In this document: positions 20,757 through 30,366 of the stretch, in pieces
How positions within the stretch are numbered: the stretch's first letter is position 1
Layout: the number at the start of each line of letters is the position of its first letter
From: Gammaproteobacteria bacterium
GTDB lineage: Bacteria; Pseudomonadota; Gammaproteobacteria; SZUA-229
Length of the DNA stretch: 64,000 bases
NCBI GenBank assembly: GCA_016744065.1
Contig: JADGFA010000021.1
Span: 4,174-68,173, forward strand
Direction of reading: 5' to 3'
Notes under the pieces: model-generated
The model's database searches: none
The model's input: the letters and a program-made list of their open reading frames with translations, nothing else
Told to the model about the DNA's origin: nothing
Position numbers and translations under genes: made by a program

Positions 20757-20789
20757 AAAAAGGGCAGGCATAGTGCCTGCCCTTTTTTT
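20757..20789 (+). terminator. rho-independent terminator after acpP
   Basis: Stem GGGCAGGCA (20762-20770) / TGCCTGCCC (20774-20782) with loop TAG, followed by T7. Confidence 0.85.
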
Positions 20790-20876
20790 GTTTCTGGTGT
20801 GTGATTTTTCTTGTCTGTTAACTAAACAATTGTTATTTCTGCACAGTAGAAACTCCCCTAATTAATTTTCTGGAGA

Positions 20877-22121
20877 ATGCTCTTGGCTAAACGTCGTGTT
20901 GTCGTTACCGGTTTAGGTATTGTTTCACCTGTAGGTAATGATCTTAAATCTTCATGGGATAGTATCCTGGCGGGCAAAAGTGGTATTGCACTTATTACTG
21001 ATTTTGATACCAGTGATCAGGCCGTTAAGTTTGCCGGAACAGTGAAAGATTTTGATGCGACTGAGTATATTCCCAAAAAAGACCTGAAAAAAATGGATAC
21101 CTTTATTCATTACGGCATAGCCGCGTCAGATCAGGCAATTAAAGATTCAGGTATTGAAATTACCGATGAAAATGCTGAACGTATTGGTGTTGCAGTTGGT
21201 TCAGGCATTGGTGGTTTACCTCTGATTGAAAAAAATAAAGATGCGATGGAAAAAGGGGGGCCCAGAAGAATTTCACCTTTTCTGATTCCAGGCTCCATTA
21301 TTAATATGATTTCCGGTAACTTATCGATTAAATACGGTATTAAAGGTCCTAATATTGCCCTGGTTACCGCATGTACTACAGGTACCCATAGTATTGGTAT
21401 GGCAGCCCGGATGATTGCCTACGGTGATGCGGATGTAATGATAGCCGGTGGTGCTGAAAAAGCTTCATCGCCTTTAGGTATCGGTGGTTTTGCCGCAGCA
21501 CGTGCTTTATCCCGTAATAATGATAATTTTGAGGCAGCGAGCCGACCATGGGATAAAGATCGTGATGGTTTTGTTCTGGGTGATGGTGCTGGTGTTTTAG
21601 TATTAGAAGAATACGAACATGCAAAGGCTCGCGGAGCAAAAATTTATTGTGAAATGGCCGGTTTTGGTATGAGTGGTGATGCTTACCATATGACCAGCCC
21701 TTCTGAAGGTGGTGAAGGTGCTGCACGTTGCATGATTAATGCAATAAAAGATGCAGGCCTTAATAAAGAAGATATTCAGTTTGTAAATGCGCACGGTACG
21801 TCGACACCTGCAGGTGATGTTGCAGAAACTATGGCAATGAAAGCGGCTTTTGGTGATCATGCTAAAACACTTGCGGTAACATCAACCAAGTCAATGACAG
21901 GTCATTTACTGGGTGCGGCGGGTGGTATTGAAGCTGTATTCAGTGTGATGAGCCTGCATGATCAAATTGCAACGCCAACGATCAATTTAGATAATCAGGA
22001 CCCGGCCTGCGATCTGGATTATGTGCCCAATACCGCACGAGATATGAAAATGGATGTGGTACTTTCTAATTCATTTGGTTTTGGTGGTACTAACGGTACG
22101 GTGCTGTTTAAAAAAATCTAA
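20877..22121 (+). CDS. fabF: beta-ketoacyl-ACP synthase II
   Basis: RRVVVTGLG start, active-site [14 protein letters not shown] and GHLLGAAG motifs. 414 aa. Confidence 0.95.
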   Translation: MLLAKRRVVVTGLGIVSPVGNDLKSSWDSILAGKSGIALITDFDTSDQAVKFAGTVKDFDATEYIPKKDLKKMDTFIHYGIAASDQAIKDSGIEITDENAERIGVAVGSGIGGLPLIEKNKDAMEKGGPRRISPFLIPGSIINMISGNLSIKYGIKGPNIALVTACTTGTHSIGMAARMIAYGDADVMIAGGAEKASSPLGIGGFAAARALSRNNDNFEAASRPWDKDRDGFVLGDGAGVLVLEEYEHAKARGAKIYCEMAGFGMSGDAYHMTSPSEGGEGAARCMINAIKDAGLNKEDIQFVNAHGTSTPAGDVAETMAMKAAFGDHAKTLAVTSTKSMTGHLLGAAGGIEAVFSVMSLHDQIATPTINLDNQDPACDLDYVPNTARDMKMDVVLSNSFGFGGTNGTVLFKKI

Positions 22122-22296
22122 GCAACTATTTAGCTTACCCTTGTAAACTCATATTTTTCGTCTTGATCTTGAGTCATACAGAGGCAACCAGAACAGTTAC
22201 AGTCGACTGCTTAATTGTTGCAGGTTTAAGCTAAAATTAATTATTATGTTATTCCCGATAGAAGCATTCGGGGATAATAAGTATGTAAAAAAATAA

Positions 22297-23658
22297 ATGC
22301 CCAGCTCATTAATCATTCATACTTTAGAAAACATGCCCGATTTACTAGCACTTCATGCCAGTAACCCCGAACGTTATCCTCATTTATTAACCAGTAACGC
22401 ATCAGCTGAAGAAAATACAGAACTTGCCCGTTACGATATTTTATTTGCCTGTCCACAGCAAACGATAGAAAGTTGTAATGGTGACTTTTTACAACAACTA
22501 GATAATGCATGGAAAGCAGAAAGTTTAAAAACTGAAAAGCAAAAACTAGATCTGCCTTTTACCGGTGGCTGGTTTTTATATTTAGGTTATGAGTTAGCCC
22601 AGCAAATCGAAACAGGTCTGAATTTACCAGAAGCAGAAGATGCATTGCCTGTGGCATTTGCTACCCGCTTTCCCGCTGCTATCATTATCGATTCACATAA
22701 ACAGCAGGCTTACATTGTTTGTGAGTCGGCTTACAGGGACTGTATTGAGCGAGTAACAACTGATTTGCTAAATGATATTAGTTCAAATAAATACAGACAG
22801 TCATTTAAAATATCAGAAATAGGGGAAGATGATGAGGTGGGCTACCTTCGGCAGTTAGATAAACTACACCAGTATATTATTGATGGTGATGTATTTCAGG
22901 TTAACCTGTCTCGCTGCTGGAAAACAGATCTGAATATTTCATCAGAGCAACCGGTTAATCATGCAAGTGTATATCATCAGTTAAGTCAGTCCAATCCCGG
23001 GCCTTTTAATGCGTTAATTACATCAGGTGATAAAGCCGTTATCAGCTCATCACCTGAGCGCCTTATTCAGCTAAAAAATGGCTATTTACAGACACGTCCA
23101 ATTGCAGGTACCCGTCCAAGAGCAGATGATCATCGTACAGATAAAAATCTGTCTAATGAGCTTTTAGTCAATCCCAAAGAGCGTGCTGAGCATATTATGC
23201 TGATTGATCTGGAGCGTAATGATATGGGGCGGGTATGTGAACCAGGCAGTATTAAAGTAAATGAATTGATGGTGCTGGAAAGTTATCAACATGTGCATCA
23301 TATTGTATCCAATGTACAGGGTAAGTTGCGTAGTGATATAACGCCGGGTCAATTGATTGCAGCGGTATTTCCAGGAGGAACTATTACCGGTTGCCCAAAA
23401 GTGCGCTGTATGGAGATACTTGCAGAGTTAGAGCAGGTGGGACGGGGTGCTTATACCGGGTCATCAGGCTATTTAAACCATGATGGCAGTATGGACTTAA
23501 ATATATTAATTCGCACTATTACTCGTAACGGTAATAAGCTGCAATTTAGGGCAGGTGGTGGCATAGTAGTAGACTCAGAACCGCTCAAAGAACTGAGTGA
23601 AACGCGGGCTAAAGCAAAGGGATTAATTCATGCACTACAAACAGGCAATCAATCATAA
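22297..23658 (+). CDS. pabB: aminodeoxychorismate synthase component I
   Basis: Chorismate-binding domain (PGGTITGCPKVRCMEILAELE, GAYTGSSGY). It directly precedes and overlaps pabC. Confidence 0.8.
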   Translation: MPSSLIIHTLENMPDLLALHASNPERYPHLLTSNASAEENTELARYDILFACPQQTIESCNGDFLQQLDNAWKAESLKTEKQKLDLPFTGGWFLYLGYELAQQIETGLNLPEAEDALPVAFATRFPAAIIIDSHKQQAYIVCESAYRDCIERVTTDLLNDISSNKYRQSFKISEIGEDDEVGYLRQLDKLHQYIIDGDVFQVNLSRCWKTDLNISSEQPVNHASVYHQLSQSNPGPFNALITSGDKAVISSSPERLIQLKNGYLQTRPIAGTRPRADDHRTDKNLSNELLVNPKERAEHIMLIDLERNDMGRVCEPGSIKVNELMVLESYQHVHHIVSNVQGKLRSDITPGQLIAAVFPGGTITGCPKVRCMEILAELEQVGRGAYTGSSGYLNHDGSMDLNILIRTITRNGNKLQFRAGGGIVVDSEPLKELSETRAKAKGLIHALQTGNQS

Positions 23659-24454
23659 AGTTCTGGTAAATGGGGTAGAAGAAAGCCGTATCGATGTCCG
23701 TGATCGGGGTTTTCAGTATGGTGATGGCCTGTTTGAAACCATTGCCTATAAAAATAACAAGTTGCAACTCTGGGATGAGCATATGCAGCGTTTACGTAGT
23801 GGCTGTGAGCGTTTGTCATTAGACTGTATTGATGAATCCCTCTGGCTGGATGATATTGAAAAATGTCAATTGAGTCATGATGGTGTGATTAAACTTAGCC
23901 TGAGTCGAGGTGTTTCGGGGCGAGGGTATGCATATACTGAAGGTGATAGTGTTACTCGGGTCACAGCATCTTTTATGATGCCGGATTATCCTGAAAGAAA
24001 TCAACAGGGTATCATTGCCAGGATTTGTAAAACTCCTGTATCAATAAATACGGTATTGGCAGGTATTAAGCATCTAAACAGACTTGATAATGTGCTTGCT
24101 CGAAATGAATGGCAGGGTAATGAGATAGCAGAGGGTTTTATGCTAGATCACCAGGGGCATGTTATTGAAGGCACCATGAGTAATGTGTTCTGTATAATGG
24201 GTGATGAGTTGTATACGCCTTCATTGGCGTTATGTGGTGTAGCAGGTGTGATGCGTCAACAGGTAATTGAACTGGCAACAAAGTTAAAAATACCGGTTAA
24301 TATTGTTGATATTAGTGAGCAAAACTTTTTGCAGATGGATGCTTTGTTTATAACGAATAGTTTGATTGGAATCTGGCCAGTTAAAAAAATTGGCAATATT
24401 GAATTTAGAAAAAATGAATTACTTGAAAAATTACAATATGAGTTTTCTGATTAG
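23630..24454 (+). CDS. pabC: aminodeoxychorismate lyase (class IV aminotransferase fold)
   Basis: DRGFQYGDGLFET motif, 274 aa, conserved position between fabF/pabB and mltG. The exact start is uncertain; the ORF overlaps pabB by 29 nt. Confidence 0.8.
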   Translation: MHYKQAINHKVLVNGVEESRIDVRDRGFQYGDGLFETIAYKNNKLQLWDEHMQRLRSGCERLSLDCIDESLWLDDIEKCQLSHDGVIKLSLSRGVSGRGYAYTEGDSVTRVTASFMMPDYPERNQQGIIARICKTPVSINTVLAGIKHLNRLDNVLARNEWQGNEIAEGFMLDHQGHVIEGTMSNVFCIMGDELYTPSLALCGVAGVMRQQVIELATKLKIPVNIVDISEQNFLQMDALFITNSLIGIWPVKKIGNIEFRKNELLEKLQYEFSD

Positions 24455-24621
24455 CTGATTTAGTTTAGCTGATTTAGTATAGTGCCAGATTAAATTTTGT
24501 ATAGTTAACGATGAAGGAAATAAAAGAAAACACAAATAAACGAAAAAATGCAAATAAACGCTAAAAACAAGCGGTTTTTGTTGAATTTTGACGTTGTTCG
24601 TATGTTGCTTTATTTGATTTA

Positions 24622-25626
24622 ATGATAAAAAAAATACTAGGCCTGAGTTTAATTGTTTTTAGTGCGCTCGCACTTGATTTTTATTTTTTCCTGCAGAAGC
24701 CCCTGGGTATAGAAGCTGAAGAAGTATATAACTTTAAACCGGGTACCAGTGTGTCAGCATTAGCACGTGATCTGGAAAAGAAAAAAATAATTTCAAATCG
24801 TATGTACTTTTCAGTCTGGGCCAGAGTAACCGGCAGTGCCAGAAAACTAAAAGCGGGTGAGTACCAGATTAGCCCTGATTTAAATACCCTGCAATTATTT
24901 ACCTTAATGCAAAAAGGTAAAGTCCGTTTATACAGTATAACGTTGGTGGAGGGGTTGACCTTTAAACAAATGATGAAACGGGTTAATAAATCAGCATATT
25001 TAACGCATCATTTACAGGAATTAAAAGAAAAGCAGATCATGCAAAGAATCGGCCATGCTGGTGAGCATCCTGAAGGTCGTTTTTTTCCTGATACCTATCG
25101 TTTCCCCAAAGGTATGAGTGATATTGATTTATTAAAACAGGCATATAAAGAAATGCAAAAGCGCCTGGATATTGCCTGGCAGCAAAGAAATAAAAAACTG
25201 CCATTACAGTCGTCTTATGAGCTGTTAACACTCGCATCCATCGTTGAAAAAGAAAGTGCCATAGCAGAAGAGCGAACGCGCATAGCCGGTGTTTTTGTAA
25301 ATCGCTTGCGTAAAGGTATGCGCCTACAGACCGATCCAACCGTTATTTACGGTATTGGTGATAAATACACAGGTAATATTCGCTTTAAACATTTACGCAC
25401 CGACACACCTTACAATACCTACACCAGAAAAGGCTTGCCACCAACACCTATCGCCATGCCGGGGCAGGGCGCATTAGATGCGGTGAGTCAGCCTGACAAA
25501 ACGGAATATATATACTTTGTTGCGCTGTCAGACCGATCGGGTCGACATGTGTTTTCCACCACATTAAAAGATCATGAGCATGCTGTAGATATTCATCAAC
25601 GCAAACGAAAAAAGAAAGCAAGATAA
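24622..25626 (+). CDS. mltG: endolytic murein transglycosylase MltG (YceG-like)
   Basis: N-terminal TM helix, YceG motifs LTLASIVEKES and LQTDPTVIYG, and conserved pabC-mltG-tmk order. Confidence 0.9.
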   Translation: MIKKILGLSLIVFSALALDFYFFLQKPLGIEAEEVYNFKPGTSVSALARDLEKKKIISNRMYFSVWARVTGSARKLKAGEYQISPDLNTLQLFTLMQKGKVRLYSITLVEGLTFKQMMKRVNKSAYLTHHLQELKEKQIMQRIGHAGEHPEGRFFPDTYRFPKGMSDIDLLKQAYKEMQKRLDIAWQQRNKKLPLQSSYELLTLASIVEKESAIAEERTRIAGVFVNRLRKGMRLQTDPTVIYGIGDKYTGNIRFKHLRTDTPYNTYTRKGLPPTPIAMPGQGALDAVSQPDKTEYIYFVALSDRSGRHVFSTTLKDHEHAVDIHQRKRKKKAR

Positions 25627-25674
25627 TGAAAAAAAGTACATCTTTAACCTTTGGGTGCTGTAAGGAAAGTATTT

Positions 25675-26298
25675 ATGACTAAGCCGTTGTTCATTACATT
25701 AGAAGGTACTGAAGGTGTGGGAAAAACCTCTAATATGGAATTTATAAAATCCATGCTTAATGATAAAGGCATTGATTTTGTAGAAACCCGTGAGCCTGGA
25801 GGTACGCCATTAGGTGAAACATTACGTGCTATGTTACTCGGTGAAGATTTTAAAGGTATGTCAGATGATAGTGAGCTGATGCTCATGTTTGCTGCTCGTG
25901 CAGAGCATATTGAGCAGGTTATTAAACCCGCATTAGAAAAAGGCCAGTGGGTTTTGTGTGATCGTTTTACAGATGCAACTTATGCTTATCAGGGTGGTGG
26001 TCGTCAATTAAACATAAAGCGCATAGAAGGCCTGGAAAATTGGGTGCTCGGTGATTTACGTCCAGATTTGACACTTTTACTTGATGCACCGATTTCAGTA
26101 GGGCGTGAGCGCGCTGGAAAACGCAGCACCCCCGATCGCTTTGAGCAGGAAAGGGATGGTTTTTTTAATCGAGTAAGAGATACCTACTTATCACGGGCTA
26201 AAGCAGAACCGAATAGAATAAAAGTAATTGATGCATCCGGTGATTTAAATTCAGTACAGCAGCACATAAGCTCAATTATTAACAAGATTATTTTCTGA
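25675..26298 (+). CDS. tmk: dTMP kinase
   Basis: FITLEGTEGVGKTS P-loop and DRF motif. ATG 25675 with an AAGGAAA RBS is preferred to the TTG at 25651. Confidence 0.93.
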   Translation: MTKPLFITLEGTEGVGKTSNMEFIKSMLNDKGIDFVETREPGGTPLGETLRAMLLGEDFKGMSDDSELMLMFAARAEHIEQVIKPALEKGQWVLCDRFTDATYAYQGGGRQLNIKRIEGLENWVLGDLRPDLTLLLDAPISVGRERAGKRSTPDRFEQERDGFFNRVRDTYLSRAKAEPNRIKVIDASGDLNSVQQHISSIINKIIF

Positions 26299-26365
26299 AA
26301 GTAAATAACGCTTATATGTAAGTAGGTTAGATACAAACAGGTATATGCGTTATTTATTTTTAGTT

Positions 26366-27223
26366 TTAATCAATTAAATGCCAGCTATCACCAGGATAGG
26401 ATGAAAAGTATTTTTGAATAATGTCTTTCACAGTGCTTGCTGACATATGTCGATGTTCTTTTGAGTATTTTAATGTGCCGTAGCAGGCTTTAGCCAGAAT
26501 AGCTGAAATTATTTCACCCGCACTGTTGTTATCACTCACACCTAATGCTGTTTGAATGTGCGAAGAAGGTAAATCACAAGCATAAAGGCCCGCTGCAAAT
26601 TTTTGTAATCCAAATACAGGAATATTTTCGAGCTTACCCTCCAGAAGCTCAGATAACTTCGCAGCAAGCGATATTAACTCCGCTGAACCTAACTCACTTG
26701 AACAGTATATTACGGCTGAATCTGGGCCATTGCTACCCAGATCCGGGTTCATTACTTTCCATTTTGTAACGGCTGGTGAGGCGGATGAACATGCCTGTTT
26801 CAGTACTTCATAAAGTGAAATGCCTGCGTAATCCGAGGCAACAACTACGTTGATACGACTCTTTAATGGTTTGTCTCTTACCTTGTGATAGATGGAAATT
26901 ATTTTATCACCCTCAAGCAGTCCTTCCCCCTTTGTAATAAATTTGTTTTGTCCGGCACGATGCAACTGTAATTTTCTGATATCCCAACGTGAGTCAGGGT
27001 TATCAACCGCATTAAATGCATAGGTATTCCATTGTTCCATAGTGTCAGTACTGACCAATGTTTCTGTGCGTGGAACAGCTCGGTAGTAATGTGTGTAAAT
27101 ATGACTTTTTATGCTTAATTGAATATCGTCTTTACAGCGTTTAATATCATGTAATGACTTTGAACTATGCATTCTGAAACATGCATTGAAACAGGTGCTT
27201 ATATTGTTCCAGCTAATATTCAT
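26366..27223 (-). CDS. hypothetical protein (orphan, 285 aa)
   Basis: Long uninterrupted ORF with no signal peptide. The pattern RINVVV ... KWKVMNPDLGSNGPDSAVIYC ... SAGEIISAILAKA only faintly recalls the HopA1 / lanthipeptide-synthetase N-terminal lyase-like family, and I could not verify this. Confidence 0.6.
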   Translation of the reverse strand: MNISWNNISTCFNACFRMHSSKSLHDIKRCKDDIQLSIKSHIYTHYYRAVPRTETLVSTDTMEQWNTYAFNAVDNPDSRWDIRKLQLHRAGQNKFITKGEGLLEGDKIISIYHKVRDKPLKSRINVVVASDYAGISLYEVLKQACSSASPAVTKWKVMNPDLGSNGPDSAVIYCSSELGSAELISLAAKLSELLEGKLENIPVFGLQKFAAGLYACDLPSSHIQTALGVSDNNSAGEIISAILAKACYGTLKYSKEHRHMSASTVKDIIQKYFSSYPGDSWHLID

Positions 27224-27636
27224 TTTTTATCCCTGTGTTATTTTAAGGTGACAGTACCTGTCAATAATATTTAGAATTATAGTAGAAACTATTCTAATTG
27301 CTCAGGGTTAGAGAACAGGTGTTTCTAATATTAAATTCAGCTGTATTCGGGTTTATTTTAAGTCTTAATTTATGAAAGATATGATTTGATTGATAACCGA
27401 AGGTCTTATAATTTACAAGTGTGTTTGTTGAAGAAAAATAATAAAAACCAGTTTTATGTTGTAAGTTCAAGGCATGTTTATTCATTGAATAAATCTATGC
27501 CTTCACAATATCATGTCAAATAGGGTAATAAAACACTTGGACAAATTAATTTTGTTGTGACCTTAAAGCTATTTATTTAAATGTACTAGTAGGGTGCATC
27601 ATGCAATATTGGGCTACAGTGTTGGCCCATACTAGG

Positions 27637-27713
27637 ACTGTCATCCTGAGCGAATGCGAAGGATCTAACTACCCGGGTATTCAAGATCCTTCGCATTCGC
27701 TCAGGATGACAGT
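27637..27713. repeat. 77-bp palindromic repeat element, perfect copy
   Basis: ACTGTCATCCTGAGCGAATGCGAAGGATC, 19 nt (TAACTACCCGGGTATTCAA), then GATCCTTCGCATTCGCTCAGGATGACAGT. The 29-nt arms are perfectly complementary. Related copies are at 34024-34100 and 62082-62157. Confidence 0.9.
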
Positions 27714-27842
27714 TATTTGTATATGTTTCACCTGTGTATTTTTTAAGATTGGTATCTGTTTTATACAGAGGTTTAATCAGTTACCATTATGCACTGGTTT
27801 TATCCCGACAGAATGATAACATCGAGAAAAAAAGGAATAAAA

Positions 27843-28184
27843 ATGAAATTACTCTTAAAAATGAGTGCATTTGTTGTGCTTTTATCTTCTACTACTCTTG
27901 TTCATGCTTATTTAGAGTGTGGTTCTATTCCAGTTACTGGCTTAACTATTCAGGCAAGCAGGGAAAATAGTAGCGCCTTTGAAAATATCATGCGTATTAA
28001 TGTCAGTAGTGGTACATGTCAGGGTGTGATCTATGCTTATTTGAAAAATGATCATCCAGCATATTCTGGTATTTTGTCAGTATTATTAGCTGCTCAGGCG
28101 ACGGATAAAAATATTTTTGTTGTTGTAAAAGAATCGGGAGGAATTGGTACAGGTGCTAAAGAAATTGAATGGGTTTCCAGATAG
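27843..28184 (+). CDS. small secreted protein (113 aa), family shared with 47235-47555
   Basis: ATG 27843 follows AAAGGAATAAAA. Signal peptide MKLLLKMSAFVVLLSSTTLVHA. The mature part has two Cys and the segment HPAYSGILSVLLAAQ, matching KPQYSAALSALMAGK in the 47235 ORF. Confidence 0.6.
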   Translation: MKLLLKMSAFVVLLSSTTLVHAYLECGSIPVTGLTIQASRENSSAFENIMRINVSSGTCQGVIYAYLKNDHPAYSGILSVLLAAQATDKNIFVVVKESGGIGTGAKEIEWVSR

Positions 28185-28287
28185 TTGCTGCAAGCATAAT
28201 ACTTATAATAAGCTATTGTACTTAATTTAATTATTTATCTGTTTTAGGTAATCAAATTTAAACATGACAAAAGAGAGGTAATAATTA

Positions 28288-28626
28288 ATGCCAGTTGCTA
28301 ATTGTATTATTACACCTGCATGTCAGGAAAGGTCCGCTAGCTCAGGTAATTTAATTGAGCTTTGGGCTAATGAGTCTAATAAATCATCAGAGCATATGAC
28401 AATTAATATCGTTGTTAGTAGTGAACAGCTTGGTAATAAATACAGTGTAATGGCTAATTTACAGTTGCCAACTATGTGGTCCAGTGGTGATGTTTCGTTA
28501 CTTCAAACGGGTTTAGCCAGGGCGTTAGAACAGTACTACCAATTGGCTTCAGGTGACGTTCATGTAATCACCAGTCTGGTAAGTTCAGGCCGGGTTGTAG
28601 AGAATGGAAAAGAGATACACTGGTAG
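28288..28626 (+). CDS. possible tautomerase/MIF-superfamily protein (N-terminal Pro-1)
   Basis: 112 aa starting MPVANCIITP. The alternating beta-alpha-beta pattern and length resemble MIF / 4-OT-like proteins. An AGAGAGG RBS lies upstream. Confidence 0.4.
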   Translation: MPVANCIITPACQERSASSGNLIELWANESNKSSEHMTINIVVSSEQLGNKYSVMANLQLPTMWSSGDVSLLQTGLARALEQYYQLASGDVHVITSLVSSGRVVENGKEIHW

Positions 28627-28749
28627 TTTTTGTGTATTGGAAAGTGCCCTGATGGTTATTATTAAGTCTATTTCATTGTTCGCCTGATATGAATGAGTTG
28701 TTTTTAAGGTCATGTCGTAAGGTTTCTAATTAAAATCAGATGCACAAAT

Positions 28750-28779
28750 AAAAAAACACCCTTCCCGGGTGTTTTTTTA
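28750..28779. terminator. bidirectional intrinsic terminator between convergent genes
   Basis: A-run, stem ACACCC (28756-28761) / GGGTGT (28767-28772), then T7. Confidence 0.75.
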
Positions 28780-28804
28780 CTACTACTACGACAATAAAAA
28801 CTTA

Positions 28805-29146
28805 TCAATCATCAGGTTGTGGCATAGGTAAACCAGCTAGTTTGCATACTTCATGGGCTGGATCAGTTGGAAACAGCTTATAAATGTGTTTTTCATATTC
28901 TTTCTGGTTATGAAAATGTTTGTTTTTTGACCCCAGTTCGCGCACAACTTTATGCATGGTTGGGCATACCTGATTTTCTTCATAATAATCTCTAAAATAG
29001 AGAATTAACTCCCAATGGTCATTGTACAGGTCGACACCATCATTTTTTGCCACGGTTTCGGTAAAGTCTTCATTCCAGTCATCAAGGTTGCTAATAAAAC
29101 CCTGTTCATTGGTTTCTATATTTTTACCGGCTATATTTAACATCAT
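28805..29146 (-). CDS. DsrC/TusE-family protein lacking the C-terminal arm cysteine
   Basis: 113 aa. DHWELILYFRDYYEE...KLFPTDPAHEVCKLAGLPMPQPDD is collinear with DsrC/TusE, but the family ending ...AGLPKPTGCV is replaced by PQPDD. Confidence 0.8.
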   Translation of the reverse strand: MMLNIAGKNIETNEQGFISNLDDWNEDFTETVAKNDGVDLYNDHWELILYFRDYYEENQVCPTMHKVVRELGSKNKHFHNQKEYEKHIYKLFPTDPAHEVCKLAGLPMPQPDD

Positions 29147-29391
29147 AACTGAGGCTCCATTTAGTAATATGCCAGAGTGTAATTGGGTTAAATTATTATT
29201 TATTGATCTTATGGGTGGAGTATAGATAGGTATACGTTTTTTTTATATACATATAAATTAATTCTGATCAACGGTATAAGCCCCCTGCATGGCTTATATT
29301 ATTTTTCTGTTAATTTACATGGTGATTTGTTGGCGTAAATAGTAATATTTTATTTTAATATTAAAGAATAAATACAGAGTACGTATTATTT

Positions 29392-30363
29392 ATGGTTTAT
29401 CCCTGGCAACAATTTCAATGGCAAAAGGTTCAGCAACAAAAATCAGGGGCTAAGTTACCCCATGCATTATTAATGATTGGCCCGCAAGGTCTGGGAAAAC
29501 TGGATTTTGCATTAAACCTGGCTAACAGTTTATTGTGTAGTACGCCAGATACTCAGGGACATGCCTGTGGTGAGTGTGTTACCTGTAAATTAGTTGATGC
29601 AGGTACCCATCCCGATTTATATATTTTGCAGGGAGAGGAGCGGGGTAAAACGATTAAGGTTGATGATGTACGTCAGTTATCAGCTAAACTGAACCTTACC
29701 AGTCAGTATGGGGGATATCAGGTTGCTTTGATCGTGGATGCCCATGATATGAATATTAATGCTTCAAATAGTCTGCTGAAAACACTGGAGGAGCCGCCTG
29801 TTGATACCGTATTGATTCTGGTTAGTTCTAATCCTGAGAAACTACCTGTTACCGTTCGTTCTCGCTGTCAGGTTATCAATTTTAATATACCAGAAACACA
29901 AATGGCTTTAAGCTGGTTAGAAGATCAGAATATTCAACAGGCAGGTGCTTTACTTAATCTGGCCCATGGTGCACCTTTGCTGGCAGTTGGTTTACAACAG
30001 GATAATTTGTTAGAGCATCATAAGCAGCTTATAAATGCTTTGCTTGGTGTGGCTAAAAATCAGTCAGTGATAGAGCAGGCGGAGCAGTTACATAAACTAC
30101 CTTTGGGTTACTTACTTAACTGGTTATTTGACTGGGTGCAGGATTTAATTAAACTGCACCAGTGTGGTGATCCAGTGAAACTGGTACATATAGCTCAACA
30201 ATCAGAGCTAAAGCAACTGGTGACTCGTTCAAGTTTACCGGGGCTTTATGACTATCTGGATCAGCTGATAAAAAATAAACAATTGCAATCAATCCCATTG
30301 AATACTCAACTGTTGTGGGAAGATTTGCTATTATCATGGTACAAAACACTAAAACGGGCTTAA
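29392..30363 (+). CDS. holB: DNA polymerase III subunit delta'
   Basis: PHALLMIGPQGLGK, zinc module CGECVTCKL and SRCQ motif. 323 aa. Confidence 0.9.
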   Translation: MVYPWQQFQWQKVQQQKSGAKLPHALLMIGPQGLGKLDFALNLANSLLCSTPDTQGHACGECVTCKLVDAGTHPDLYILQGEERGKTIKVDDVRQLSAKLNLTSQYGGYQVALIVDAHDMNINASNSLLKTLEEPPVDTVLILVSSNPEKLPVTVRSRCQVINFNIPETQMALSWLEDQNIQQAGALLNLAHGAPLLAVGLQQDNLLEHHKQLINALLGVAKNQSVIEQAEQLHKLPLGYLLNWLFDWVQDLIKLHQCGDPVKLVHIAQQSELKQLVTRSSLPGLYDYLDQLIKNKQLQSIPLNTQLLWEDLLLSWYKTLKRA

Positions 30364-30366
30364 AAT

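Noticed and set aside
24450-24480. Tandem duplication TTAGCTGATTTAG x2 after pabC
   Set aside because: There are only two short units in an AT-rich spacer. This looks like simple slippage with no further structure.
27601-27816. 71-aa ORF (and 61851-62075, 19313-19549) reading through palindromic repeat copies
   Set aside because: The peptides (VILSECEGS..., HPERSRR...) are by-products of the repeat arms. The ORFs lack RBSs and differ in frame between copies.
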